64,000 bases of DNA from Planctomycetota bacterium (GTDB taxonomy: Bacteria; Planctomycetota; Planctomycetia; Pirellulales; UBA1268), in the NCBI GenBank assembly GCA_014238855.1, contig JABAAH010000009.1, forward strand, positions 8,292 through 72,291. The letters run 5' to 3'. Under the pieces are notes generated by a model. The model saw only the letters and a list, made by a program, of their open reading frames with translations, did not search any database and had not been told where the DNA came from. The position numbers were made by a program, and so were the translations under genes. Positions 30,660-39,709 of this stretch are shown here, piece by piece (position 1 is the stretch's first letter; every line of letters starts with the position of its first letter).

Positions 30660-30776
30660 TTATTTATCGTCTTCAGGTGACTCTGCCTGCTCCTTCAGTT
30701 GGTCAATCATCTTCTGGACATCAACTTGAGCCTGGCAAAAAGTATCATCAGAATTTAATGACTCGTCATCTTTCAT
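30660..30776 (-). CDS. possible 38-aa acidic small protein
   Basis: Hand translation: MKDDESLNSDDTFCQAQVDVQKMIDQLKEQAESPEDDK*. Below the ORF-track cutoff, same strand as its neighbours, no convincing RBS. Confidence 0.2.
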   Translation of the reverse strand: MKDDESLNSDDTFCQAQVDVQKMIDQLKEQAESPEDDK

Positions 30777-30856
30777 GGTGCTATCTCATTTAAGGTCTCG
30801 ACGAACGAAGCAGTCGGGATTAGTCGCTGGCCACGCGTTTGAAAGCCTAGCAAGAA

Positions 30857-31066
30857 TCAAATTTCACAATCGAATACCATCGCAGAAAAAAAGGAGGTGA
30901 TGGTCGTGAAAAGTATATACCACAGTCCAGCGCAAATAAGATTTAGTGTTTGGTGTTGTTTGTGATGCACTTTATTTTGGAGTCCCCCCAATACCAAAAG
31001 GCAACTTTGAGGATAGTCACAAATACGATCAGGCAACCGCACGGAACAAAAAACAACATGCACCAT
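30857..31066 (-). CDS. hypothetical 69-aa protein with one hydrophobic helix
   Basis: ATG overlaps the TAA of the upstream 123-aa ORF (TAATG at 31064-31068). No family recognised. Confidence 0.35.
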   Translation of the reverse strand: MVHVVFCSVRLPDRICDYPQSCLLVLGGLQNKVHHKQHQTLNLICAGLWYILFTTITSFFSAMVFDCEI

Positions 31067-31437
31067 TAGGTACTCGAGTAACGGTGTAAAAGTACGTTCT
31101 GCCAGCCGAAGAGAATGAGCCCACCAAGAAGACCACCCAAAGCGATATGAGACAGTAGAGGTTTTCGAGGCAACCAGTGGTATGAAAAAGCACCAATTGT
31201 GAAGAAGGTCATACCGCCGAACCCTTGAAGGATGGCGTTGATAAAGTGCCCACAGTCTATCAGCGAGATCAGTAACACGGTGCAGGGAGCTTGAATGAGA
31301 AGGATGAGTGTGATTACAGAAAGTGGCATCAACCAGTGCCTTTCTGGAGTATTTTTACTATTCTGAAAATAGGAAAATAAAATTCCTGCTACTACTGAGA
31401 GCCACTGCAACTGCCCAAAAAATAGAATTGACAGCAA
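31066..31437 (-). CDS. hypothetical 123-aa membrane protein (about 4 hydrophobic helices)
   Basis: Starts 24 nt downstream of the apbC-like stop on the same strand. No family recognised. Confidence 0.55.
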   Translation of the reverse strand: MLSILFFGQLQWLSVVAGILFSYFQNSKNTPERHWLMPLSVITLILLIQAPCTVLLISLIDCGHFINAILQGFGGMTFFTIGAFSYHWLPRKPLLSHIALGGLLGGLILFGWQNVLLHRYSST

Positions 31438-31461
31438 CAGTGAATTAATCAGGATCGAGTC

Positions 31462-32583
31462 TTAAAGTGTCGGCAGAGATGGCATCGGTGGTTTTGAAGC
31501 ATGCCGAGCAGCCAGACCGTTCACAAGATGAACACAAATTGATTCGAGATATGGTCGTGCTTGCGGATCATCAAAATTTGCAGCAGTTTTCCCAGCGTCA
31601 CCATGCTCACGGATTGGTATCTGGATGGGAACCTCACCCAAGAACGGAATATCAATTTCCTTGGCAGTACGTTTTGCGCCCCCGGATCCAAAAATGTCAT
31701 ACCGTTTGTTGGTATCTGGACATGAGAAGAAACTCATGTTCTCTACCATCCCGAGTACTGGGATATTAACTTTTTGAAACATTGCAATAGCTTTTGTCAC
31801 ATCAAGAAGTGCTACATCTTGGGGAGTGCAAACGGCAACAGCGCCTGATAGTGGAAGGACCTGAGAAAGGGTTAGTGCAATGTCACCAGTCCCCGGAGGC
31901 ATGTCGATGATGAGGTAGTCGAGAGGTCCCCAGTCCGTGTCACGAAGCATCTGCTGGATAGCGCCATGAAGCATAGGGCCTCGCCAGATAACTGCTTCAC
32001 CTGGTGGGACGAGAAATCCCATCGACATTATTGGTATCGTTTCGACGCGTAAGCCAGCAGGTAATTCTTGGTGTGGTTGTCCAGGGTCAAGTTGAGGAGG
32101 GATAATTCGTCCTTCTTGAATTGCAGGACGACCTTCGAGTCCAACGAGGTGAGGAACGCTTGGTCCATAGACATCGGCATCAAGAATTCCAACTTTGCTT
32201 CCAGCCCGGGCGAGACCGATTGCGAGTGATACCGCTATAGTACTTTTTCCGACGCCGCCTTTACCTGATCCAACAGCAATGACACTTTTTGCCTCAAGGC
32301 CAATCTGACCAATTTTATTGGGAGGCCTGTCGTGAGGAGTTATTGTGATCTGAACATCAGGAACAGCTGGGAAGGCAGTCCTAAGTCGCTCTTCAATCCG
32401 TCCGCGAAATTGCTGCCAAAGAATAGCCGAGTGTGTGGTGAGCCCAACGTTCAACGTAATCTTGTTTTCATGTGCAGTCACTTCACCAATCTGACCCAAA
32501 TCAGCAAGTGGTCTTCCTGACTCGGGATCAGCCATGTCGGCAAGGCACTCTTGGATATTTTCTGGGGTCGGTGTTTTGTTCAT
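31462..32583 (-). CDS. apbC: Mrp/ApbC/NUBPL-family P-loop ATPase (Fe-S cluster carrier-like) with DUF59-like N-domain
   Basis: Deviant Walker A GSGKGGVGKST, ParA/MinD-like fold, N-terminal DUF59-like segment. Start overlaps the nuoN stop (ATGA, 32580-32583). The expected CxxC reads SCPDT. Confidence 0.85.
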   Translation of the reverse strand: MNKTPTPENIQECLADMADPESGRPLADLGQIGEVTAHENKITLNVGLTTHSAILWQQFRGRIEERLRTAFPAVPDVQITITPHDRPPNKIGQIGLEAKSVIAVGSGKGGVGKSTIAVSLAIGLARAGSKVGILDADVYGPSVPHLVGLEGRPAIQEGRIIPPQLDPGQPHQELPAGLRVETIPIMSMGFLVPPGEAVIWRGPMLHGAIQQMLRDTDWGPLDYLIIDMPPGTGDIALTLSQVLPLSGAVAVCTPQDVALLDVTKAIAMFQKVNIPVLGMVENMSFFSCPDTNKRYDIFGSGGAKRTAKEIDIPFLGEVPIQIPIREHGDAGKTAANFDDPQARPYLESICVHLVNGLAARHASKPPMPSLPTL

Positions 32584-34370
32584 CGAATTCCGTTCTCTAT
32601 TTCACGTGTGAGAATATTGGAGGTAGTTGACGTATTTGTTGTGAAGAGGGCCATTGTCTCGGTAACAATAGTTCCAGAAAGTGCGTTACCCGCCTGGAGG
32701 GCGGAATTAAAAAGTCCCTGAGGACGAATGGAGATCGAAACAAGTACGATAAGACACACTATCATAGCCAATCCTGCTGAAAGCCCGCCGTCAGCCTGTA
32801 CTCCTTTATCGGTGGATTTGAAATACATGGCAGTAATCAGGCGAAGATAATATGCAGCTGCAATGGCGGCGTTGAGCACCAAGACAACACTTAGTCCGAT
32901 AAACCAGGCTTTTCGATCTCCAAAAACAGCGCTGCCACTGTCGACGCTGAGAGATGCGGTGAGAAGTGAAAGTTTCCCCCAAAAGCCAGCCAGCGGTGGA
33001 ATTCCGGCAAGACTCAAAAGAAAAGTTGCCAGGCAAAATGCTGCGACAGGATTTGTTGATGATAATCCATTGAGATCATCAACAGTTTTGATCTCCTCAA
33101 GCTGTGGTTGTTTGTCACTTGATGTCGACCACTCAGGCCAGCGATGTCCCAAGTAGGTAAGTCCACCAAAAAAACCAATCGTAGCAACTACATAGGTAGC
33201 CAAATAGAATAGGGTTGAACCGAGCCCGTTGAGAGCCAGAGCGGTTTCTTCGATTGATTCTCCACCAAGCGGTCTCTGTCCGGGGGTTGCCGCCGCTGCC
33301 AATGCTGCGAGTCCAACCAGGAGATATCCCGCATGAGCTATAGAGGAGCAAGCGAATAGTCGTCGTAGATTGTTTTGTAGCAAGGCCATACAGTTCCCAA
33401 CGGTCATGGTAATGGCAGCAATGACAGCAAGAACTTGCCATGACTGGAGAAGTAAGGTTTCAGCGACCGGTCCAGAATTTTGCTGACTGCCAAGTGGAGG
33501 TATGGCTAGCGCAATGAGTCGGGAAAGCATGACGACACCTGCTATTTTCGGTAATGTCGAAAGTAATGCGGTATTGCTTGTGCTTGTTCCTTCATAAACA
33601 TCTGGAGCGTAGAAGTGCATTGGGACAGCCGCCATCCGAAAAGTTGCACCCGCGAATGCCATACCAAGAGTTACTGGTAGAAGCACTGCAGCCATGCTGA
33701 CTGTAATCATGCCAGCAGCAATAGAACTCTCGGCTACTGGCGCGACGGTGCAGCCTAGTGACTGTAGTTGGTTGCCAATGGCTGGTAACGATGTCGATCC
33801 ACCGAGTCCATAAAGACAGACTACAGAGTACAAAAACAACGCAGAGGCAACGAGTGACAGAAAAAAATATTTCAGGCTGGCTTCTTGCCCAGCAGTATCT
33901 GTTCTTTTGAGTGCTAACAAGATGTACGTCGGGATTGAAACAAGTTCAAGGCCTATAAAAAGAAGGACTAGGTCGTTTGCCAGTCCAACAAGAGAAAGGC
34001 CAGCTAAAAGAATTAAAAAAGTTCCTGCTTCTTCACATGTAATACGTCGTCTTTGCTCTGCGTCATCATCTTGAACTGCTGCCTTCCAGTATTCTCCGGA
34101 CTGAACAAGGACGAGCATGAGACCAGCTGTGTATGTCAGAAGGCGTATATAAAAAGAGAATCCATCAATTGTGATCGGGCCTGACGAAATGGTGGCGCCG
34201 CTCTCAGGCTGACTGCCTGAGAGTGAAATGGCTATACCAAGACCAGTGACCGCAATAAGCCAACCTGCTTGGAAACCACTAAAAGCCGCAGCAAGATAAG
34301 CAATGAGTGCTGCTAAGACTAATGTTATCTCAGGCGATAGTAATAGAAAAGTTTCAAACGACGTTGTCAT
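32580..34370 (-). CDS. nuoN: NADH-quinone oxidoreductase subunit N
   Basis: 596-aa polytopic antiporter-like subunit at the nuoN position. Conserved SSIAHAGYLL and GIPPLAGFWGK. Confidence 0.9.
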   Translation of the reverse strand: MTTSFETFLLLSPEITLVLAALIAYLAAAFSGFQAGWLIAVTGLGIAISLSGSQPESGATISSGPITIDGFSFYIRLLTYTAGLMLVLVQSGEYWKAAVQDDDAEQRRRITCEEAGTFLILLAGLSLVGLANDLVLLFIGLELVSIPTYILLALKRTDTAGQEASLKYFFLSLVASALFLYSVVCLYGLGGSTSLPAIGNQLQSLGCTVAPVAESSIAAGMITVSMAAVLLPVTLGMAFAGATFRMAAVPMHFYAPDVYEGTSTSNTALLSTLPKIAGVVMLSRLIALAIPPLGSQQNSGPVAETLLLQSWQVLAVIAAITMTVGNCMALLQNNLRRLFACSSIAHAGYLLVGLAALAAAATPGQRPLGGESIEETALALNGLGSTLFYLATYVVATIGFFGGLTYLGHRWPEWSTSSDKQPQLEEIKTVDDLNGLSSTNPVAAFCLATFLLSLAGIPPLAGFWGKLSLLTASLSVDSGSAVFGDRKAWFIGLSVVLVLNAAIAAAYYLRLITAMYFKSTDKGVQADGGLSAGLAMIVCLIVLVSISIRPQGLFNSALQAGNALSGTIVTETMALFTTNTSTTSNILTREIENGIR

Positions 34371-34387
34371 TATTGCTTCACGGGAAT

Positions 34388-36097
34388 CTATTTTTGAGAA
34401 GTTAAAAATATCTTGGGTAAATCTATTTGAGAATCACTCTTATTTTGTTTTGTAATCATTTCCGTACCAAAAGAACGGTTGGTTGGCTGCATGTTTCGGT
34501 TGAAAGCATTGCTTGATGCGAATGTCACAGCACGAATGGCCTGAGAAGGTGGTGCGAGGAATGTCGCCGGTGTAATCCCAATCCAGAGAACGAATATTGC
34601 AAGCGGTGAAAGTGCTGCGATCTCATGCCATCGTAAGTCGAGAGAGTTTTGTGCCTCGTTGATCAAATGAGATGGTGGCAGTCTAGAATTCCCAAAGAAT
34701 ACACGTTCTACAGCCCAGAGCATGTACCATGCCCCCAGCACAACACCAACCACACCCATCAGGGCAAAAATTAGATAGCTTCGCTGGAATTCCGGGGAGA
34801 CGCCTGTCCACGCTCTTTGGAAAGAGCCGGTAAGTATTAAAAATTCCCCAACGAAACCGTTAAGTCCAGGAAGGCCAATGCTGGAGAAAGTGAACACCAT
34901 GAAAAGTGTTGTCAGCCAAGGTGCTTTTTTTGCGATACCACCAAGACTCTGAATCGAACGCGTATGAAAACGTTCATAGAGCATCCCAACTATCGCAAAG
35001 AGACCAGCAGAAGAGAGTCCGTGATTAATAAGTTGGAGATTGGCTCCTTCAATTGCAATTGGCTCAAGGGCAAAGAGCCCCATGACAACATAGCCCATAT
35101 GGCTGACCGACGAGTACGCTATGAGTCGCTTTAAATCTTGTTGAACAAGAGCAACGAGAGCCCCATAAATAATTCCAAAGGCACCGAGGGCAAAGAGCCA
35201 CGGTGCAGCAACAGCCGTGGCTTCAGGAAGCATCGGCATGGAAAATCGGAGGAATCCATAAATACCAATTTTTAGCAAGACTCCTGCCAGGTCAACGCTG
35301 CCACCAGTTGGAGCCTCGACATGAGCAAGTGGGAGCCATGTATGAAATGGAAAGATCGGAACTTTTATGGCAAAGCCAATGAATAGCGCAAGAAACACAA
35401 GCCATTGCAAGTATCCACCATCAGCATCCATAGGAAGAGGATGCGCACGAAGTCCAGTAGTGAGCATATCGATATCAAATGTAACGCTGCCTGTGTGAGT
35501 CGCATTCCACAAAACAATGGTTATCAGGCCAAGGAAGGCTATGACACTCCCGGCAAGGGTATAAATGAAAAATGTTAGAGCGGCTTTCCGTCGCTCATCA
35601 TGTCCCCAAATACCGATAAGGAAAAATAGCGGCACGAGCGTGAACTCGAAGAAGACATAAAATAAAATGATGTCACGGGCAACAAAAACTCCGAGCATTG
35701 CGGCTTCCAGAAGCAATAGAAGCATGTAAAACCCCACAACTCGCTCAGTCACCGCTTCCCAACTCACAAAAATTGCAGTGACGGAGAGAAGTGCGGATAA
35801 TCCAAAAAGCCATAGTGATAGGCCATCGAGCCCAATCGATAGGCGAATGTCAAACATGCCCCCTGTAAGCCAAGGGAGAGATGACATCGCAAAAACCTGG
35901 TTGCTTGAGGCTTCACTGCTCATGAGATATCGCAGAATGAGTAAGCCCGTAGCGACAAGTGTTAACACTGCTGTGGTTGCAGCACTTGTGCGTACCGCCT
36001 CAAGGCCACGGCTTGAGACAAGCCAGACAATGCCAGCACCTACCAGAGGCATGAGGATGACTAATAGCAGGTGTGTTGATGGGGAGAGCAAATTCAT
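34388..36097 (-). CDS. nuoM: NADH-quinone oxidoreductase subunit M
   Basis: Antiporter-like subunit with HTWLPLAHVEAPTGGSV and YSSVSHMGYV. Confidence 0.92.
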   Translation of the reverse strand: MNLLSPSTHLLLVILMPLVGAGIVWLVSSRGLEAVRTSAATTAVLTLVATGLLILRYLMSSEASSNQVFAMSSLPWLTGGMFDIRLSIGLDGLSLWLFGLSALLSVTAIFVSWEAVTERVVGFYMLLLLLEAAMLGVFVARDIILFYVFFEFTLVPLFFLIGIWGHDERRKAALTFFIYTLAGSVIAFLGLITIVLWNATHTGSVTFDIDMLTTGLRAHPLPMDADGGYLQWLVFLALFIGFAIKVPIFPFHTWLPLAHVEAPTGGSVDLAGVLLKIGIYGFLRFSMPMLPEATAVAAPWLFALGAFGIIYGALVALVQQDLKRLIAYSSVSHMGYVVMGLFALEPIAIEGANLQLINHGLSSAGLFAIVGMLYERFHTRSIQSLGGIAKKAPWLTTLFMVFTFSSIGLPGLNGFVGEFLILTGSFQRAWTGVSPEFQRSYLIFALMGVVGVVLGAWYMLWAVERVFFGNSRLPPSHLINEAQNSLDLRWHEIAALSPLAIFVLWIGITPATFLAPPSQAIRAVTFASSNAFNRNMQPTNRSFGTEMITKQNKSDSQIDLPKIFLTSQK

Positions 36098-36152
36098 AAA
36101 ATTATCAAAAACAGAAGAAGAAACATTGAACCTCTAGTGGACGAGATAGTGA

Positions 36153-38390
36153 TCATAGTCGCCATGCTAAAAGCACAATAATTGCCAGAACACCAATAAC
36201 GCTGGCAAGGGCATAGCGTTGAAGCAATCCTGACTGGAGACGACGAACGACTCCACCGAGTGCTAATGGCAGATGAGCGATGAGTCGTACAGAACGTTCG
36301 ATACAGTATTTTTCAAAAAGTGCAGTCACAAAAGCAATAGCTTTGATTGGTTTCACGACGATGGCAATATAAAATTGATCGATAAACATGCGATGCTCTA
36401 AAAACGACCTGAAAGGTCCGAGCCAACGTTCGAGTTGAGGTCCATCACTACGACGTCCAAGATGACCAACTGCTGCAATGACAATACCAAGAGCTGCTGC
36501 AAGCGTGCCCTGAATAGCAAGGTCCCAGTGGAAGACAGAGGCAGTAGCAGTACTCACAACAGATGGTGCGGTAAAAGAAGGTGTTGCTGCCAGAAAGTGA
36601 GCAAGTCCGTCTGTAGTGAAAAGGATAAAACCGATGAAGGTCGCAGGAATTGCCAAGACTATCAGTGGCGTTGTCATGGCCGAGGGCGATTCATGCGCGT
36701 GGTCACCGGCTTCTGCAGGAACTCGAAGGGGGCCGGTAAATGTCATGAACACAGCTCGAAACGTATAGAAGGCTGTAAGTCCGGCTGTCACAAGTGCCAT
36801 CCAGAAAAGAGTTTGCCAGACGACAGGCTGATTGAGTGCATCAAGACCAACTGTTTCCGATAGATAAGTATCCTTAGGATATTGTCGGTATTCGGAAATT
36901 TCTCGGTATCCAACATCATGTATCGTGTCAGCACGAGGATGCAGTGATGGCATCTTTGGAATTGTTGCATGGTGTTGATCGTTCACGCTGTGGTGGACAG
37001 CCGGCCACCCTTTTGAATGAAGTGAGGCAAGTATTTCATCCTTACTAAAAAAACCAGCGAATGGTGCGATTCCAGCGAGAGCAAGACTTCCAATGAGAAA
37101 TGTGACTGCTGTTATTGGCATAAGTTTTCGGAGCCCACCGAATCGCCGCATATCAATCACGCCACCCATGGAGTGCATGACAGACCCAGCACCAAGAAAA
37201 AGAAGAGCCTTGAAGAAAGCATGGGTAAGCAAGTGAAAAATTGCAGCGGTGAATCCGAGTAGCGTGCCGGTACCAAGGCACGCAAACATATATCCAAGCT
37301 GGCTTATCGTGGAATAAGCAAGTACTCGTTTCAGGTCGTTTTGAACAGTTCCAATGAGAGCAGCAACAAGTGCAGTCGTAGTTCCAACGATTGAGACCGT
37401 TACCAGCGCACCGGGGCATGCCATATAAAGTGGTGCACAACGAGCAATAAGATATACACCGGCTGTGACCATCGTGGCAGCATGAATAAGAGCGCTTGCA
37501 GGAGTAGGGCCTTCCATGGCGTCAGGTAGCCAGACATGCAGCGGCAATTGAGCGCTTTTTCCACAGGCTGCCAGTAATAGAAGAAGACAAATTGCTGTCC
37601 CTACAATTCCACTGACGTATCCGCCGACATCAGCGAGACGAGTCTGGCCAAGAATACCCGGCAGAATCGTGCCTTCGGGAGAAAACGTATCATGAAAATC
37701 AAGGGTTCCGTAGGTGAGCCAGAGTAAGAAGACAGCAACTGCGAGACCGAAGTCACCTATTCGGTTCACAAGAAATGCTTTTTTGGCAGCCTTGGCTGCT
37801 GCCGGTTTTTGAAACCAGAAGCCAATAAGTAGGTAGCTACAAGCGCCAACGGCCTCCCAGAAAACATACACAAGGAGGAAATTGCTTGCGGCGACGAGCA
37901 TTGACATTGAAAAGACAAACATGGCTACGAGCGCGAAGAATCTAGAATATCCTGGGTCACCATGCATGTATCCGATTGAATAGATAGCAACAAGAAGTCC
38001 AATACTCGTAATAATCATGAGCATTGTTGCTGTGAGTGGATCGAGTCGCATCGTAATTGAAATTGAAAATGGACGAGCGCGGTAGGCATCATCACCTACG
38101 GCAACTCCCGGAACTGCAGCTTGTGAATCAATAGCTGGTGTATATGCGTCATCGATAGTCGCCCACTGCCAGAGTTTTGTGGTTATATCAATAGGACGAG
38201 GTGTTTCTGCAGTTCCTCGACTGCGGACAGTGACAACAAGAAGAGCCAATGCAGCGACGGCCGCTGCAGCTATGGCTATGACCGCAGGTAAATGCGCTCG
38301 GGGTCCAAGTCGTCGCCCACAAATAATAGTGGCAAGAGCTGCCAGAAGAGGCAGTAATGGGATCAATATAAGAAGGAAAGACGGGCTCAT
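36153..38390 (-). CDS. nuoL: NADH-quinone oxidoreductase subunit L
   Basis: WEAVGACSYLLIGFW, LPLHVWLPDAMEGPTPASALIHAATMV, YSTISQLGYMF. 745 aa including a hydrophilic insertion at about aa 458-525. Confidence 0.92.
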   Translation of the reverse strand: MSPSFLLILIPLLPLLAALATIICGRRLGPRAHLPAVIAIAAAAVAALALLVVTVRSRGTAETPRPIDITTKLWQWATIDDAYTPAIDSQAAVPGVAVGDDAYRARPFSISITMRLDPLTATMLMIITSIGLLVAIYSIGYMHGDPGYSRFFALVAMFVFSMSMLVAASNFLLVYVFWEAVGACSYLLIGFWFQKPAAAKAAKKAFLVNRIGDFGLAVAVFLLWLTYGTLDFHDTFSPEGTILPGILGQTRLADVGGYVSGIVGTAICLLLLLAACGKSAQLPLHVWLPDAMEGPTPASALIHAATMVTAGVYLIARCAPLYMACPGALVTVSIVGTTTALVAALIGTVQNDLKRVLAYSTISQLGYMFACLGTGTLLGFTAAIFHLLTHAFFKALLFLGAGSVMHSMGGVIDMRRFGGLRKLMPITAVTFLIGSLALAGIAPFAGFFSKDEILASLHSKGWPAVHHSVNDQHHATIPKMPSLHPRADTIHDVGYREISEYRQYPKDTYLSETVGLDALNQPVVWQTLFWMALVTAGLTAFYTFRAVFMTFTGPLRVPAEAGDHAHESPSAMTTPLIVLAIPATFIGFILFTTDGLAHFLAATPSFTAPSVVSTATASVFHWDLAIQGTLAAALGIVIAAVGHLGRRSDGPQLERWLGPFRSFLEHRMFIDQFYIAIVVKPIKAIAFVTALFEKYCIERSVRLIAHLPLALGGVVRRLQSGLLQRYALASVIGVLAIIVLLAWRL

Positions 38391-38420
38391 GTCGACACAT
38401 GTGGAGGTGAATAACGGATA

Positions 38421-38873
38421 TCAAATATGATCACGTTGTGTTTCGGCTTGTTCATCAGGGGTTGGTGATCTACCAGCTGGAGTAAGGCGTGGGAAATTCG
38501 GTAATGAAGTATCAAGTGATGGGACCTCGTGGTCGATACTTCGGTCGATTGTGGCTTCACGAAGCGTCTGCCAAGCCATAGAATCGAGCCGACCAGTTCG
38601 AGTAAATGCTTGGAGAACAAAGACTAATGCAATGGCTGCCTCACACGCTGCAACAGAAAGCACGAAAACTACGAGGACATGTCCACCAAAGTCACCGTGA
38701 TAGCGGCTCCAGGCTACAAGGCTGACAGAGATGCCTTGAAGCATAATTTCCGCTGAAAGAAACATGACAATTAAGTTGCGTCTTGAAAGAATGCCAACAA
38801 GTCCCAGGCTGAATAAAATTGCTCCAACCAGTAATCCATTTTGGAGAAGCGCAAGGGCAGTGCCAAATACTAT
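38421..38873 (-). CDS. nuoK: NADH-quinone oxidoreductase subunit K (start codon non-canonical/uncertain)
   Basis: Track ORF begins at the ATG at 38765, but conserved TM1 (LLVGAILFSLGLVGILSRRNLIV) lies upstream in the same frame, which has no ATG/GTG/TTG. Start provisionally set at the ATA that overlaps the nuoJ TAG. Confidence 0.7.
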   Translation of the reverse strand: MVFGTALALLQNGLLVGAILFSLGLVGILSRRNLIVMFLSAEIMLQGISVSLVAWSRYHGDFGGHVLVVFVLSVAACEAAIALVFVLQAFTRTGRLDSMAWQTLREATIDRSIDHEVPSLDTSLPNFPRLTPAGRSPTPDEQAETQRDHI

Positions 38874-39709
38874 GGTGAATGTGATGTCGGGCTCCCTTCT
38901 TGCAACGAGGAAGCCTCATTTTGGCTGCCCTCGAGACCATTGGAAACGATGGCAATGGCTCCAATTAAAGCTACAAGCAAAAGAATTCCTACGGCCTCAA
39001 CGGCGACAAGGTGGTGCCCGAAGAGTTCACCACCAAGCCGTGCCACTTGATCAGAAGCCAAAAGATCTATGCTCTCACTTGGTATTTGGCTCACAGCGGT
39101 GCCACTGAGTGCAGCTGCCTTGGATGGAGGGCGGCAGCACAAAGGTTCTTCGGCAGACAGCCGACCAATGGAAAGCGATAGGAGTCCAAGAAGGACGGCC
39201 CCGGCCACTGTTGAAAGCATTGGCTCGTTGGTAATTCGGTCTGATGTTGTGAGGCCGGTTGGTTGAGCTAACATCAACACGAAAAGAAACATCACTAAGA
39301 TTGCACCGGCATACACAATAATTGTTGCAACACCGAGAAATTGAGCACCCAAAATAAGCAGCACCCCAGACACGCCAGCCAGGCAAAGAGCGAACCAGAT
39401 TGCTGCATAGACAGGAGAACGGCACGTTATCGTTGCAGCAGCACTGACCACAGCAACCAATGAAACCATAAGAAAAGCAACCTCTTCTCCAAGATTTCCA
39501 AGTCGTTGTCCTGTGACGATAAAGAGACTGAGAGTTATTAGACCAAGAAGCCAGCCCAGGCGTCGCGCCATCTTGCTATCCCGGCCAGATTTGGGAAGTA
39601 GCAAATAAAGGCTAACCGCAAGACATGTGACGGCTATTGCAAGCAGGATGCCCGGAGCAATGAAATCAAAGCTCACAGTTTCAGGAAATAACGTATTCCA
39701 CGGGATCAC
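38870..39709 (-). CDS. nuoJ: NADH-quinone oxidoreductase subunit J
   Basis: ND6-like hydrophobic protein at the nuoJ position. AATITCRSPVYAAIWFAL..., ...LVAVEAVGILLLVALIGAIAI. ATGA overlap with nuoI. Confidence 0.88.
   Translation of the reverse strand: MIPWNTLFPETVSFDFIAPGILLAIAVTCLAVSLYLLLPKSGRDSKMARRLGWLLGLITLSLFIVTGQRLGNLGEEVAFLMVSLVAVVSAAATITCRSPVYAAIWFALCLAGVSGVLLILGAQFLGVATIIVYAGAILVMFLFVLMLAQPTGLTTSDRITNEPMLSTVAGAVLLGLLSLSIGRLSAEEPLCCRPPSKAAALSGTAVSQIPSESIDLLASDQVARLGGELFGHHLVAVEAVGILLLVALIGAIAIVSNGLEGSQNEASSLQEGSPTSHSP

Noticed and set aside
36435-36863. 142-aa plus-strand ORF inside nuoL.
   Set aside because: It is antisense to a conserved hydrophobic gene. Its Cys/Lys/Arg-rich low-complexity translation is typical of a shadow ORF.
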